From assembly GCA_964016885.1 (NCBI GenBank), contig OZ024749.1:54622001-54686000 (forward strand): a stretch of 64,000 nucleotides of DNA, read 5' to 3'. Position 1 is the first letter of the stretch. Every line of letters begins with the position of its first letter. Position numbers and translations under genes: made by a program. The notes under the pieces were generated by a model that worked only from the letters and a program-made list of their open reading frames with translations, did not search any database and was not told the origin of the DNA. Positions 42,108-56,695 of the stretch are shown here, piece after piece. The stretch is from Eledone cirrhosa. Lineage: Eukaryota.

Positions 42108-45100
42108 ATTGCTGTGACAACCAACAGATCTAACTCTATTGCTGTGACAACCAACAGATCTAACTCTATTGCTGTGACAACCAACAGATCTAACTCTATT
42201 GCTGTGACAACCAACAGATCTAACTCTATTGCTGTGACAACCAACAGATCTAACTCTATAGCTGTGACAACCAACAGGTCTAACTCTATTGCTGTGACAA
42301 CCAACAGGTCTAACTCTATAGCTGTGACAACCAACAGGTCTAACTCTATAGCTGTGACAACCAACAGATCTAACTCTATAGCTGTGACAACCAACAGATC
42401 TAACTCTATTGCTGTGACAACCAACAGGTCTAACTCTATAGCTGTGACAACCAACAGATCTAACTCTATTGCTGTGACAACCAACAGGTCTAACTCTATA
42501 GCTGTGACAACCAACAGGTCTAACTCTATAGCTGTAACAACCAACAGGTCTAACTCTATTGCTGTGACAACCAACAGATCTAACTCTATAGCTGTGACAA
42601 CCAACAGATCTAACTCTATAGCTGTGACAACCAACAGATCTAACTCTATTGCTGTGACAACCAACAGATCTAACTCTATTGCTGTGACAACCAACAGGTC
42701 TAACTCTATAGCTGTGACAACCAACAGATCTAACTCTATTGCTGTGACAACCAACAGATCTAACTCTATTGCTGTGACAACCAACAGGTCTAACTCTATT
42801 GCTGTGACAACCAACAGATCTAACTCTATTGCTGTGACAACCAACAGATCTAACTCTATTGCTGTGACAACCAACAGATCTAACTCTATTGCTGTGACAA
42901 CCAACAGATCTAACTCTATTGCTGTGACAACCAACAGGTCTAACTCTATTGCTGTGACAACCAACAGATCTAACTCTATTGCTGTGACAACCAACAGATC
43001 TAACTCTATTGCTGTGACAACCAACAGATCTAACTCTATTGCTGTGACAACCAACAGATCTAACTCTATTGCTGTGACAACCAACAGATCTAACTCTATA
43101 GCTGTGACAACCAACAGATCTAACTCTATTGCTGTGACAACCAACAGATCTAACTCTATTGCTGTGACAACCAACAGGTCTAACTCTATTGCTGTGACAA
43201 CCAACAGGTCTAACTCTATAGCTGTGACAACCAACAGGTCTAACTCTATAGCTGTGACAACCAACAGGTCTAACTCTATTGCTGTGACAACCAACAGGTC
43301 TAACTCTATTGCTGTGACAACCAACAGGTCTAACTCTATTGCTGTGACAACCAACAGATCTAACTCTATTGCTGTGACAACCAACAGGTCTAACTCTATA
43401 GCTGTGACAACCAACAGATCTAACTCTATTGCTGTGACAACCAACAGATCTAACTCTATTGCTGTGACAACCAACAGATCTAACTCTATTGCTGTGACAA
43501 CCAACAGATCTAACTCTATAGCTGTGACAACCAACAGGTCTAACTCTATAGCTGTGACAACCAACAGGTCTAACTCTATAGCTGTGACAACCAACAGATC
43601 TAACTCTATTGCTGTGACAACCAACAGGTCTAACTCTATTGCTGTGACAACCAACAGGTCTAACTCTATAGCTGTGACAACCAACAGGTCTAACTCTATA
43701 GCTGTGACAACCAACAGGTCTAACTCTATTGCTGTGACAACCAACAGATCTAACTCTATTGCTGTGACAACCAACAGGTCTAACTCTATTGCTGTGACAA
43801 CCAACAGATCTAACTCTATTGCTGTGACAACCAACAGGTCTAACTCTATAGCTGTGACAACCAACAGATCTAACTCTATTGCTGTGACAACCAACAGATC
43901 TAACTCTATTGCTGTGACAACCAACAGATCTAACTCTATTGCTGTGACAACCAACAGATCTAACTCTATAGCTGTGACAACCAACAGGTCTAACTCTATA
44001 GCTGTGACAACCAACAGGTCTAACTCTATAGCTGTGACAACCAACAGATCTAACTCTATTGCTGTGACAACCAACAGGTCTAACTCTATTGCTGTGACAA
44101 CCAACAGGTCTAACTCTATTGCTGTGACAACCAACAGGTCTAACTCTATAGCTGTGACAACCAACAGATCTAACTCTATTGCTGTGACAACCAACAGGTC
44201 TAACTCTATTGCTGTGACAACCAACAGGTCTAACTCTATTGCTGTGACAACCAACAGGTCTAACTCTATAGCTGTGACAACCAACAGGTCTAACTCTATT
44301 GCTGTGACAACCAACAGGTCTAACTCTATTGCTGTGACAACCAACAGATCTAACTCTATTGCTGTGACAACCAACAGATCTAACTCTATTGCTGTGACAA
44401 CCAACAGATCTAACTCTATAGCTGTGACAACCAACAGGTCTAACTCTATAGCTGTGACAACCAACAGATCTAACTCTATAGCTGTGACAACCAACAGGTC
44501 TAACTCTATAGCTGTGACAACCAACAGGTCTAACTCTATTGCTGTGACAACCAACAGGTCTAACTCTATAGCTGTGACAACCAACAGATCTAACTCTATT
44601 GCTGTGACAACCAACAGATCTAACTCTATAGCTGTGACAACCAACAGGTCTAACTCTATAGCTGTGACAACCAACAGATCTAACTCTATAGCTGTGACAA
44701 CCAACAGGTCTAACTCTATAGCTGTGACAACCAACAGGTCTAACTCTATTGCTGTGACAACCAACAGGTCTAACTCTATTGCTGTGACAACCAACAGATC
44801 TAACTCTATTGCTGTGACAACCAACAGATCTAACTCTATAGCTGTGACAACCAACAGGTCTAACTCTATAGCTGTGACAACCAACAGGTCTAACTCTATT
44901 GCTGTGACAACCAACAGGTCTAACTCTATTGCTGTGACAACCAACAGGTCTAACTCTATTGCTGTGACAACCAACAGATCTAACTCTATTGCTGTGACAA
45001 CCAACAGATCTAACTCTATAGCTGTGACAACCAACAGGTCTAACTCTATTGCTGTAACAACCAACAGGTCTAACTCTATAGCTGTGACAACCAACAGATC

Positions 45101-46160
45101 TAACTCTATAGCTGTGACAACCAACAGGTCTAACTCTATTGCTGTGACAACCAACAGATCTAACTCTATAGCTGTGACAACCAACAGGTCTAACTCTATA
45201 GCTGTGACAACCAACAGATCTAACTCTATTGCTGTGACAACCAACAGATCTAACTCTATTGCTGTGACAACCAACAGATCTAACTCTATTGCTGTGACAA
45301 CCAACAGATCTAACTCTATAGCTGTGACAACCAACAGGTCTAACTCTATTGCTGTGACAACCAACAGGTCTAACTCTATAGCTGTGACAACCAACAGGTC
45401 TAACTCTATAGCTGTGACAACCAACAGATCTAACTCTATTGCTGTGACAACCAACAGGTCTAACTCTATTGCTGTGACAACCAACAGGTCTAACTCTATA
45501 GCTGTGACAACCAACAGATCTAACTCTATTGCTGTGACAACCAACAGATCTAACTCTATTGCTGTGACAACCAACAGGTCTAACTCTATAGCTGTGACAA
45601 CCAACAGGTCTAACTCTATAGCTGTGACAACCAACAGATCTAACTCTATTGCTGTGACAACCAACAGATCTAACTCTATTGCTGTGACAACCAACAGATC
45701 TAACTCTATTGCTGTGACAACCAACAGATCTAACTCTATTGCTGTGACAACCAACAGGTCTAACTCTATTGCTGTGACAACCAACAGGTCTAACTCTATA
45801 GCTGTGACAACCAACAGATCTAACTCTATAGCTGTGACAACCAACAGGTCTAACTCTATTGCTGTGACAACCAACAGATCTAACTCTATAGCTGTGACAA
45901 CCAACAGATCTAACTCTATTGCTGTGACAACCAACAGATCTAACTCTATTGCTGTGACAACCAACAGATCTAACTCTATAGCTGTGACAACCAACAGATC
46001 TAACTCTATTGCTGTGACAACCAACAGGTCTAACTCTATAGCTGTGACAACCAACAGATCTAACTCTATTGCTGTGACAACCAACAGGTCTAACTCTATA
46101 GCTGTGACAACCAACAGATCTAACTCTATTGCTGTGACAACCAACAGATCTAACTCTATA
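42108..46160. repeat. 30-bp tandem array, 135 units, no indels
   Basis: Unit gctgt(g/a)acaaccaacag(a/g)tctaactctat(t/a); stays in register with the 60-nt lines throughout. Confidence 0.99.
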
Positions 46161-46185
46161 GACTATAGCATGCATTATCTCGATA

Positions 46186-46376
46186 CTGCGGTGGATTGGC
46201 AGTATCGATAGAGGGTCGGACACCATGCTTTGACGCACAGAGATACGCCCCTTGCCATTCTGAGTTCAAATCCCGCCGAGGTTAACTTTGCCTTTCATCC
46301 TTGCGGGGTCGATAAAATAAAGTACCAGTAATACACTGGGATAATTTTTGGCCTTGTGCCAAAAGTAGAAACAATT
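46186..46376 (+). mobile_element. SINE family A, full length with 12-bp TSD
   Basis: TSD attatctcgata at 46174-46185 and 46377-46388. Confidence 0.93.
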
Positions 46377-46487
46377 ATTATCTCGATATTTCTGTCTCCA
46401 GATCAGAATTTTTAACATTTCTTCTATTTCATAGAAATTGTTTTATATACGAATTATTTCTTCGTTCCTTAAGTAAGGTGAACCTAA

Positions 46488-46888
46488 ATGGTTTTTGATT
46501 TGGGCACAAGGCCAACGATTTTGGGCGAAGGGAAATTCGATTAAATCGACCCTAGTACATTACTGGTGCTATATTTTATCGACCCCCCGAAGGATGAAAT
46601 GTAAATTTATGCCACAGAGCATATTGTCCGATGCTCTACCGATTCTGTCAATCCACTGTCTTTTACCAGCTTAATAATATTTTCTGATTTAGGAACAATG
46701 TCAACAATTTTTCGTTGGAAGGGAAAGTCGATTAAATCGACCCATGCATTACTAGTACTTTGTATTATATACCCTATAAGGATGAAAGGCAAAGCTCACA
46801 TCGGTGGGATTTGAACTTAGAACATAAAAGACTTTATGCCGCAAAGAAAAGTGTCCGACATTCTACCGGTTCTGCCAATCCATTGCTT
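46488..46888 (-). mobile_element. Two older tandem SINE A copies
   Basis: Two gtcgattaaatcgaccc...ggatgaaa...taccg(a/g)ttctg blocks. Confidence 0.85.
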
Positions 46889-48117
46889 TAAATGTTTAGC
46901 TAAATGAAGATTAACTTTGTCTTGGATTTGAAAAAGAAATGGAAAGAAAAAAATCAATCGTGTTAGATAACAGTATTTTACATCGCACATGTCTATGGTC
47001 TAAACCTGATTAGCAATATATTATTTAAAAAATATGTATCAAGGCAAGAATTAGAAAGAAACGAAATGGATCCTTTTAAGAAAAAATTCATAAATATGGG
47101 CAACGTCTTAAAAGACTATGATTATACGATAATCAAATAACAGGTTTATTATAATATTTTTCTGATGATTATGTTGAAGTATTTTATTTGTTTCACAAGA
47201 TCTTCATTGCATCATAGATTTTTGTTCCCATTTATAATAAATAACCCAGTTCTGAATGTACAAAATGAAATGAAATTAAACAAAACACTTTAAAAAAAAA
47301 ATATAGAGCAAATAATGGAAACCCCTCCTCCACGCACACATAAAACATTGCATGAAAAAGAGGCCTGGCTGTCTGTGTCAAGCTGACTGGTAGACAGACT
47401 CGTGTTTAGATTGTTGTTTGGCTTTGTTATTTCCAAGCAATAGCCGACGTCAAGGAAATCGATAATTATTTGGCTTGCATTGATGTTTTTCAAGAAATAG
47501 ATTCATGATTATGGGCCCCCTTTTTCTGAAAACGTTGCACAACGATGAGTTTGGATTCGCTTTATCAACTATAACAAAAAGATGGGGAAAAAAGAAAGAA
47601 AAAAAACATTGAAACGCTCACGCACACATACAGACAGACACACACAGACAGACACACACACACACACACACACACACTGAATACATTTAGAGTTTCGAAA
47701 TCTCTATTTATGAAAGACAATGGATGTTATCAACCGTGATAGTTCCCGTTCAATATTCATTATATATATGAAGATGTTCTCGATTATTCCTAACGATAAT
47801 GACGGTCCAAAAATAGTATAATGGTTATCAATGTCGAATATAAGTCTAGGGGTAGGATGAGCCAAAAAAAAAAGAAATGAAAAAAAAATGAAAAAAATAA
47901 ACAAGATGAAATAACGTAAAATAATGATAATGATAAAAATAATAATAATAATAATAATAATGATAATAAAATAATAATAAAAAAAGATGGATGGTGTCCC
48001 TAATTTAATTAATTTTAATCTCACAACTGAAAGCCTTTTCATACAGCACAACATAGATGCAATACATAACTCAATGTCACTTTGACCCTTTGAATGTTAT
48101 ACATTCATTCCAATGTA

Positions 48118-48161
<44 letters not shown>

Positions 48162-48248
48162 ATATTTATGATATGTGTGTATATATATATATATATATAT
48201 TATATTCATGATATATATATACATATTATATTCATGATATATATATAC

Positions 48249-48281
<33 letters not shown>

Positions 48282-48378
48282 CGTTAGCTATTTTGGGGGG
48301 AGGGGAAGATGATAAAATGGATGCTCGTAATATGCCAGGATCCAATTGATTAGGTTTATCAATAAAAGTATACTCCCA

Positions 48379-48409
<31 letters not shown>

Positions 48410-49031
48410 TGTATGTATGTATGTATGTATGTATGTATGTATATAGGTATGGTCCCGTGATTCCCAAGGGAGCCGTATGGGCGCCGTTGTAGCATCCCGC
48501 GTTTCTTGGCCATTTTTTAAAGTTTGGCGTAGCCCACCTCTTCTCCAGGTCTAAACACATCAGAGAAGAATAGAAAGTGAGTGAGAGGAAGTCTGGAAGA
48601 AATAGGAAGAATCGACCTCGAAAGAATGAAAGAAAAAGTTGATCTTCGAGGAAGAATTTACCCCAGTATAGAACTGATACATTGTCTATAGACTTCGAAA
48701 GAATGAAAGCCGAAGTCGACCACTCCCAATACATTGTCTGAAAATCTTCTAAGAATTTGGACTAGGTTACAGTATTGGATGTCTCTCCCTTGATTCCATG
48801 ATGTGAACATGTCTAAAAAGAGACATCATCGTGAAACTGAGAAGACAATAAAAACGATTGAAACATTTTCCCACTCGTCAAACTTAAACTTAGATTACTA
48901 CAGATGTATGTATAAATTACATTGACAGCGATACCCCTAGGCCTCTTCATATGTAGCATTTGTTGATAAATAGAACGTATGATTGCATTGAAACTCTACT
49001 TCGGTATTGAATACTTTTTCCCATGGCCGTC

Positions 49032-49095
<64 letters not shown>

Positions 49096-49228
49096 ATATA
49101 TATATATATATATATATTATGGTTAAGACCAGTACTGCAACAAAAACATAACATGAAACTGCGGGTTTCTTTGGTTGGACCGAAGTTTCAATTTGTGATG
49201 TTGTGAGTTGCTCTACCCCCTCTTATTA

Positions 49229-49358
<130 letters not shown>

Positions 49359-49663
49359 TCACTCTCTGTGTCTGTCTGTATCTGTCAATGTATCTCACAG
49401 TTTTCCTTTTCACATTTATTCGTCTATTACATCTCAGTTTGAATTTCATTTTCATCTTTTTTCACTTGATTATAAATAGGTTTATCTGTATTGTTTACCC
49501 CCTCCACCCCAGCCCACCCATCTTTCATATATCTGCACTAACTCTTTCTCCCCACTTTTGCTCTCTTCCAGCTTTCCTCTCTCCTCTCAAAGTCTCTTTT
49601 TGTATTTTTGTATGTGCCTTTATGAGTTTGTGTGCGTACCCAATTACTACACACATATACAAA

Positions 49664-49702
<39 letters not shown>

Positions 49703-49722
49703 ATACACACAAACAATATATA

Positions 49723-49767
<45 letters not shown>

Positions 49768-49804
49768 CGAGTGAGAGAGAGACACTCACACGCACACGCA
49801 CACG

Positions 49805-49859
<55 letters not shown>

Positions 49860-50153
49860 GCGTTTGTATATATATATATATATATGTGTGTGTGTCTCTC
49901 ACTCACTCTCTCTCTCTATATATATACACACACACATATATAATGTGTATGTGTGTATATACATATATATGCACACGTATATAATGTGTGTGCGTGTATG
50001 CATATACATTTATATATATATATATGTAAGGGCGTGTTTGTGTGTACACCCGGGTGTGTATATATTGATATAAACGTGTGTGTTTGTATTCATGTATGAG
50101 TATGTGATCTATATGATCGCCTGCATTCTATGCATGTAATGCTACTTCATATA

Positions 50154-50196
<43 letters not shown>

Positions 50197-50603
50197 ATAT
50201 ATATATATATACACACGTGTGCGCATGTGTATATCATTAATCTCGAATCATAGGCTTTCAGAACAAAGCTCCAATTTCGTCGTCGTTTTTGTACAGTTCT
50301 GCATATATTTCCCCCATTTTGTTCTGACTCAGCAAATATTGTAGAAATAATCCCAAAAGAGGCCAACTGGATAAATTTGATATTTTCTTCGTGGAGATTG
50401 TCAATTTGTTTTTCTAAATTTAATTATGAATAAAGTAAATTTCGCTCTGTTCTTTTATATGTCCAATAATTTGTGCTTCTTTCGTTCCCAATTTTTATTT
50501 CTTTCTCCTCTATTACCCTGCTATTTCCACAGTTTTATTCACTCGTTCCTAATTCAATATATATATATGTATTTATATATATATGTATATATATATATGT
50601 ATG

Positions 50604-50653
<50 letters not shown>

Positions 50654-50684
50654 CAGAGATATAAGTGTGTGTATATATAAATGC

Positions 50685-50724
<40 letters not shown>

Positions 50725-50770
50725 ATGTGTGTGTGTGTGCTGTTGTGTTGTTGGACCTCCGTCGTTCCCG

Positions 50771-50946
50771 ACGACAAGTGCTTCGATTGATTTAACAACG
50801 GTACTGCCTACACTTGAAATTAACATGTACATAATTGATCATTCCAAAGACACGCGCACCCTCTTAATGTAGTTCCTATCTCAGGGAGATTCAGCGGGAG
50901 AAAAGAAAAAAGGTTGGTTCCTCGAATTTGGCAGCTGAGTGGACTA
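50771..50946 (-). mobile_element. Probable SINE family B 3' part
   Basis: cagctgagtggact is close to the reverse complement of agtttactcagctg in 61337-61470. Confidence 0.5.
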
Positions 50947-51014
50947 AATCAGCACGAAATTTGAACTCAAAAACTTAGAAGTCATGAGCCCAGCACCATT
51001 CCCACTACGGCACT

Positions 51015-51073
<59 letters not shown>

Positions 51074-51291
51074 ACACACGCACACAGACAGTCACACACA
51101 CACACACAGACACGCACACACAGACACACACTCAGACGCACTCTCCTTTCTTATCAAGTTATGTATTTGCCTAAACTTTCCATCCTTTTTTTTTGCTGTT
51201 ATCTTTCTTCTAGATTTTCAATCCTACATCATTCATTCTCTATTTTATTATATATATTTATATATGATTTCTATTTTATCCAATCATTTTC

Positions 51292-51350
<59 letters not shown>

Positions 51351-52071
51351 CATGTATCTATCTATACATTTGTCTATCAATCTGTCTGTCTGACTGTCTG
51401 TCTATCTATTTATCCGTCTGTCTGTTTCTACTTGTCTACCAAGAAATTATCATGAATTAGGATAATCAAATTAAGTTATTATTTACAAAGTTCTGCACAT
51501 ATAGTTAAATTAACAAGCAAGTCTATAAAAATTCTGGTTACTGATTGAATAATGTAAAAATTCTCAGTAAACAGAGACTGTAATCCGCGGTTACGCGGCT
51601 GGTGCGCTAGCAAAATTTACTGATGCAATATTATTAATTTTAGCTGACCAGCAAACTGAAAGTTTGGTCGTGTTCTTTTGCGGCTAGAGAGCTCCGGCAG
51701 TGTAAATCCCTGGCTGCTCTGACACTATAAGGATCATTGTCATTATATTCTCTTTCTTTTTTTTTTTTTTTTGCTTTTTCCTCTCTTCTCACATAAAGAT
51801 TTGGAGATAGAAATAATTCAAATGTGGATTATGAAAACATAAAGAACCCCTGTAATAATACATTCTCTGGGAATTATAAATAAAAAACACAGACAGATAC
51901 CCAGACATGTATATAAACAAATCCCCAAGATTTACAAATATGTATACCATACATAAAACCACACTACTACAATGTAGTATAAACAACAACACTAGAATCA
52001 ACAATGCGCTTATCCTAGGTGCACAGCACTGAGCTCCATATTGTAGAGACAAGATACAATTAAACCGAAAC

Positions 52072-52355
52072 TAATAATTGTCTCTACTTTTGGCACAAGG
52101 CCAGCAATTAGCCTAGTACATTACTGGTACTTTATTTTATCGCTCTACCGATCCTGCTAATAATAATAATTGTTTCTACTATTGGCACAAGGCCAGCAAT
52201 TAACCAGTACATTACTGGTACTTTATTTTATCGACCCCGTAAGGATGAAAGGCAAAGTTAACCTCGACGGGATTTGAACTCAGAATGGCGAGGGCCGTAA
52301 CTCTATGCGTCAAAGCATGGTGTCCGACCCTCTACCGATACTGCCAATTCACTGC
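52072..52355 (-). mobile_element. Internally deleted SINE A plus full-length SINE A in tandem
   Basis: First copy jumps from ttttatcg to ctctaccgat; the second is complete; separated and flanked by (taa)n. Confidence 0.9.
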
Positions 52356-52999
52356 TAATAATAATAATATGTGACAGCAGAATATTCTGATAATTTAGTC
52401 TGTCTAAACCAACAATATTCCTTTAAATATATCGTATTTCTTTCCTATGACATTTAGTTTCTTATTCTCTGAGAAACTAATGTAGTATAGAATATTTCAT
52501 ACTAAATATGAAGTTTTAAACATGTCTTCTTTGCTGATCTGACCAAAATCTACATAGCCTAAAATGTAATATTTTCTTTCTAAACTATTCTGGTATTTTT
52601 TTACTTTCTCAGAATAATGTCTTATTCTATATCTTCATCGTATTTTAATACTATTTCGCTGTTGCCATCCATTTTCTTAATACTGTCGCAGACAATTCTC
52701 TTTAATCAAAACATTTTAAAATGAACCTCTAATATAAAATTATAAGAAACCGTTGCTCTCCTGGAATATCTCATTTCAATTTATTCAAATGATTAAGTTA
52801 ACGTCAGTTTTTTTTAGGGATCGATATAATCTTTAAGGATCATTCCCAGCCAAACGCCAATGTATTAAATCGGAACTTTGATATCAATAAAGAAAAAAAA
52901 AAACATCCTACTATCATATATGGAAAAAAAAAGTATATGTAGTGCATAACTTTAAAATTATAATTCAAAGAATATATATATATATATATATAATACACA

Positions 53000-53064
<65 letters not shown>

Positions 53065-53694
53065 GAAGAAGTTGAGGGAAACGACTAGGAATGGTGATTA
53101 TTTCTAAAGTTGTTTATCCAGATTAATAATTCATTCCATGCTATTAAATGAATTCTTGAGTTTACCAAAATCTCAAGAGATTCTGATAAATTTAGTCTCT
53201 TGAAGAATTCTTCTTGAGATGCAATTTGAGAAATTAATCACATTTTTGGAATTTTCTTTTTATCATAAATTTGCATATTCTTTATAAATTTGTTTTAAAG
53301 ATCATTACAATATTGGAAAGCGGAAAATTCTTGCCTGAAGAAAGACGATCGGAATACTACATTATACTACAAAATATTTCTTAACTTGCTTAGAATATCG
53401 TATTATATAAGTTGTCTCTTGTATTATATAAGTTGTCTCTTGTATTTTATAAGTTGTCTCTTGTATTTTATGTAACCGAAGAGCTTATTATTGCGGCAGT
53501 AATTCTATTCTATACTTATAGTGTATGGTAAAAATATTTCAACCTAAAAGTGGGTATATGTATATGATCATATCGATATCTTGAGTTCATCTCTGACATG
53601 TGAATAGAATGGTAAACAGGAAACATTTATTCATGTATGTATGTTGTATGTAAGTAAATCTAATCCACACTCCAGCACTATGAATGAAACTTAA

Positions 53695-54027
53695 GGGTCA
53701 GTCCACCTCGTGGTACCGACCGACTAGATGACATTGCCCCGGAAGAAGACATTTCTCCGGAGGACGACGAGAGAAAGGCACTAGAACAGCCACTCCACCT
53801 CGTGGCTCTCGCACCTGCGTGCGGGCAACCAGCGTCGCCCCAATAGCAGTGTGCAGTTAGCGAATATTATCTGTTATGTCGTCTTGGTCTCGGAATACCC
53901 AATCTGATGACAGAACCCACTAGAAGGTGTATTTGAGGACTCTTCCCCCACGACCCTCTCAGTGATAAGTGGACGAAGAAGAAGAATAAGAAGACGAAAA
54001 AAGAATTAGAAGAAGAAGAAGAAGAAG
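53695..54027 (+). mobile_element. Probable RTE-like LINE 3' end with (GAA)n tail
   Basis: GC-rich island, residual frame PPRGTDRLDDIAPEEDISPEDDERKALEQPLHLVALAPACGQPASPQ*, short UTR, then (gaa)n. Clade is inference. Confidence 0.5.
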
Positions 54028-54811
54028 TCGTTTTGGTTAACACGATCATGTAACAATCTCAAATCTACGTTAATTCTTTGATGCATGAAAATCACAAATA
54101 TATACGACGTTCCATTCTAGGAAATCTATTTTAACTGGTGTGTTGGTTAACATAACATATGTGGTTGTATAAATACGTTTATCCGGCAATCTGTCGACTA
54201 TGTAACTGACTGAAAAACATTTAAAGCGAGAAAATGCAATGATCATTAATTTCAAATTACCAAAATATAATTCGAATATGCGGAGATGGTAATATATAAT
54301 GGAGCAGCTTGCTGGGATACTGGAAGCAGTTGTGAATTCCAGACACAATAAAACAACCGGTTTACTTTAGCAGAATGTCAAGAATTGTATAAGGTTTAAA
54401 ACAACTGTTTTATGTCTAGGATATAAAACACAGCATGAAGTCATAACGAGAAGACGGATTGTTAAAATCTTAGCCAATTGCACTTAAACGTTTAGTGCAC
54501 AAGGATATCTGAAACTAGAGTGAACTTTCACATTATAACTAATAGCAAACATTACCGTTTGGAAATTTAGAGTTACAAATGGATATGTCTGTGATAATAC
54601 GTATATTCTAAAATGTATGTTTATGCTTGCGTTCATCGGTTTGTACATTTATGCATGTAATATGAGCATTTCCATATGTATAGTATCCGTGTGTATAAAG
54701 AGGGTATTTTGAATGTGCAGTAGTCGCTGTTGTTTAAACCTAGGCTAACTCTCGCCCAGTATACAAACATACGATCAAAAACCTGACCATTCTATATTTT
54801 AATCCAGACTA

Positions 54812-54848
<37 letters not shown>

Positions 54849-54851
54849 ACA

Positions 54852-55216
54852 GGATCTTCTGAAACTAAAAAAAAACTAAAAAAAAAATCAATCTGTGAAC
54901 GCAGAAGTAAATATTTCGAAAAATATTTCAACCGAAAGAAAACAGGAAGACGATACTTTGGTTTGTGAAGACGTTCCCTGGCAATGAACGGAAAAAAGCG
55001 ATGACAATATGTTTTCCGAAATATTTATTTCTGTGTTTACAGATTGATTTTTTGTTTTTGTTTCAGAAGATCACGTTGAGAGTGAAAGCAGCGATTCTTT
55101 GCTTAAACTTTAATCTGTTATTTTCATAAATATTTGCCCTAGGGTTTTTATATATTTGATATATATTTATCCTTATCGAGCCATATTTGGATTTTAGTCT
55201 TCGTATTTATTATTAT

Positions 55217-55221
<5 letters not shown>
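54852..55221. mobile_element. Family C element in partially inverted configuration
   Basis: 54852-55005 matches ~5257-5390 forward; 55010-55221 matches ~5110-5312 in reverse. Confidence 0.75.
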
Positions 55222-55259
<38 letters not shown>

Positions 55260-56658
55260 TACATATATATCAGGGATTATATAAACCCACGAGTGAGATG
55301 TAATTTGTGAAGTGACAATATAAAGGATACTATTATGTAAATGTCTCTATGAATACCAAAGGTTGTCTAAATCTGTAATAACCGACGTTGATAAACTATT
55401 GGACTATTAAGAGAAAGGTTACAGGTTCGATTCCTGCCCATATATATATGTATTATAATGTTTACGACTACTCCTTCTATCTGGACAAGAGAGATAACAC
55501 CCAACGGCGGAGCAGAATATACAACTATGAATATTTACTCAAGGACTCAACAAACCACATCACACGGTTCTGGAATCGAACTCACAACTTCCCTCACGTT
55601 TGTGATTTCAACGCTTTAACAACTAAACCACGCCCCTTCTCCCCCCCCTCCCCTTATATGCATATATACCAGTAGTAATAATATAACATTTAAAATGAAC
55701 CTCATTAACAATAAGAAGAAGAAAAATAATAAGAGACTGTGTAGTAGTAATCTCATTCTGAGTATATATCTGCTATGGTTTGAAACTTTCAGTTGCTAAT
55801 CCAGAATTCTGAATAAAAAAAGAGAAAAGTAAAAAAAAAAGGAAGAAAATTCAACGTAAAAAGAAACACAACAACAACACAACAAAGGAAAACAATAATT
55901 ATAATGAAGAATAAAACGAAAGAATGAATATATGGAATAAATGTAGAAATAAATTAATAATGAAAGAAGGAAGGAAATGAAGAGGGAAAGAAAGAATCTT
56001 ATAAAGAAGGAAGGAGAAACAAATAAATAAAGAAGTAGATTACTAAAGAAAGAAAGGAAGTATCTAATAAAGAAGGAAGGAGAGAAAGAAAGAAAGAATC
56101 TAATAAAGAAAGAAGGAAAAAGAAAGAAAGAAAGAATCTAATAAAGAAGGAAGGAGAGAAGGAAAGAAAGAAAGAAAGCAAGAAAGATTCTCGGGGTAAA
56201 ATGTCGTTATGATGCACGTGACAATACCTGAAATAAAATGTCTTCGAGTGTAGCGTCGTGTGGATTAAAATAAAAACAAACACAAAATAGAAATGACTGA
56301 TTATTCACCGTCAGACATAATCCAGAGCTTATCGCAGTCGTTCAGTCGCTTAAAGACGATGTTTCACGAGGAGAGACGAGTAAAAGAGTAGAGAGAGAGG
56401 GGGAGAGAGAGATGGGGGAAAGGGTGAAAGTATATATTGAATAATGAGAGAGAGAGAGAGATGGGGGAGAGGGTGAAAGTATATATTGAATAATAAGAGA
56501 GAGAGGGAGAGAGAGATGGGGGAGAGGGTGAACGTATATATTGAATAATGAGAGGGAGAGGGTGAGGGTGAAAGTATATATTGAATAATGAGAGAGAGAG
56601 AGAGATAGGAAGTGAAAGAGTATGATTGAAAGAGTGACAGTATGTGTGTGAAAAAGAT

Positions 56659-56695
<37 letters not shown>

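Noticed and set aside
42108-42140. SINE origin of the 30-bp unit (taactctat-gctg similarity)
   Set aside because: Only ~13 nt of similarity with a gap; insufficient support.
56190-56390. Short ORF MTDYSPSDIIQSL... (+) or spliced MSDG... (-)
   Set aside because: Short, runs into simple repeats, and has no recognisable homology.
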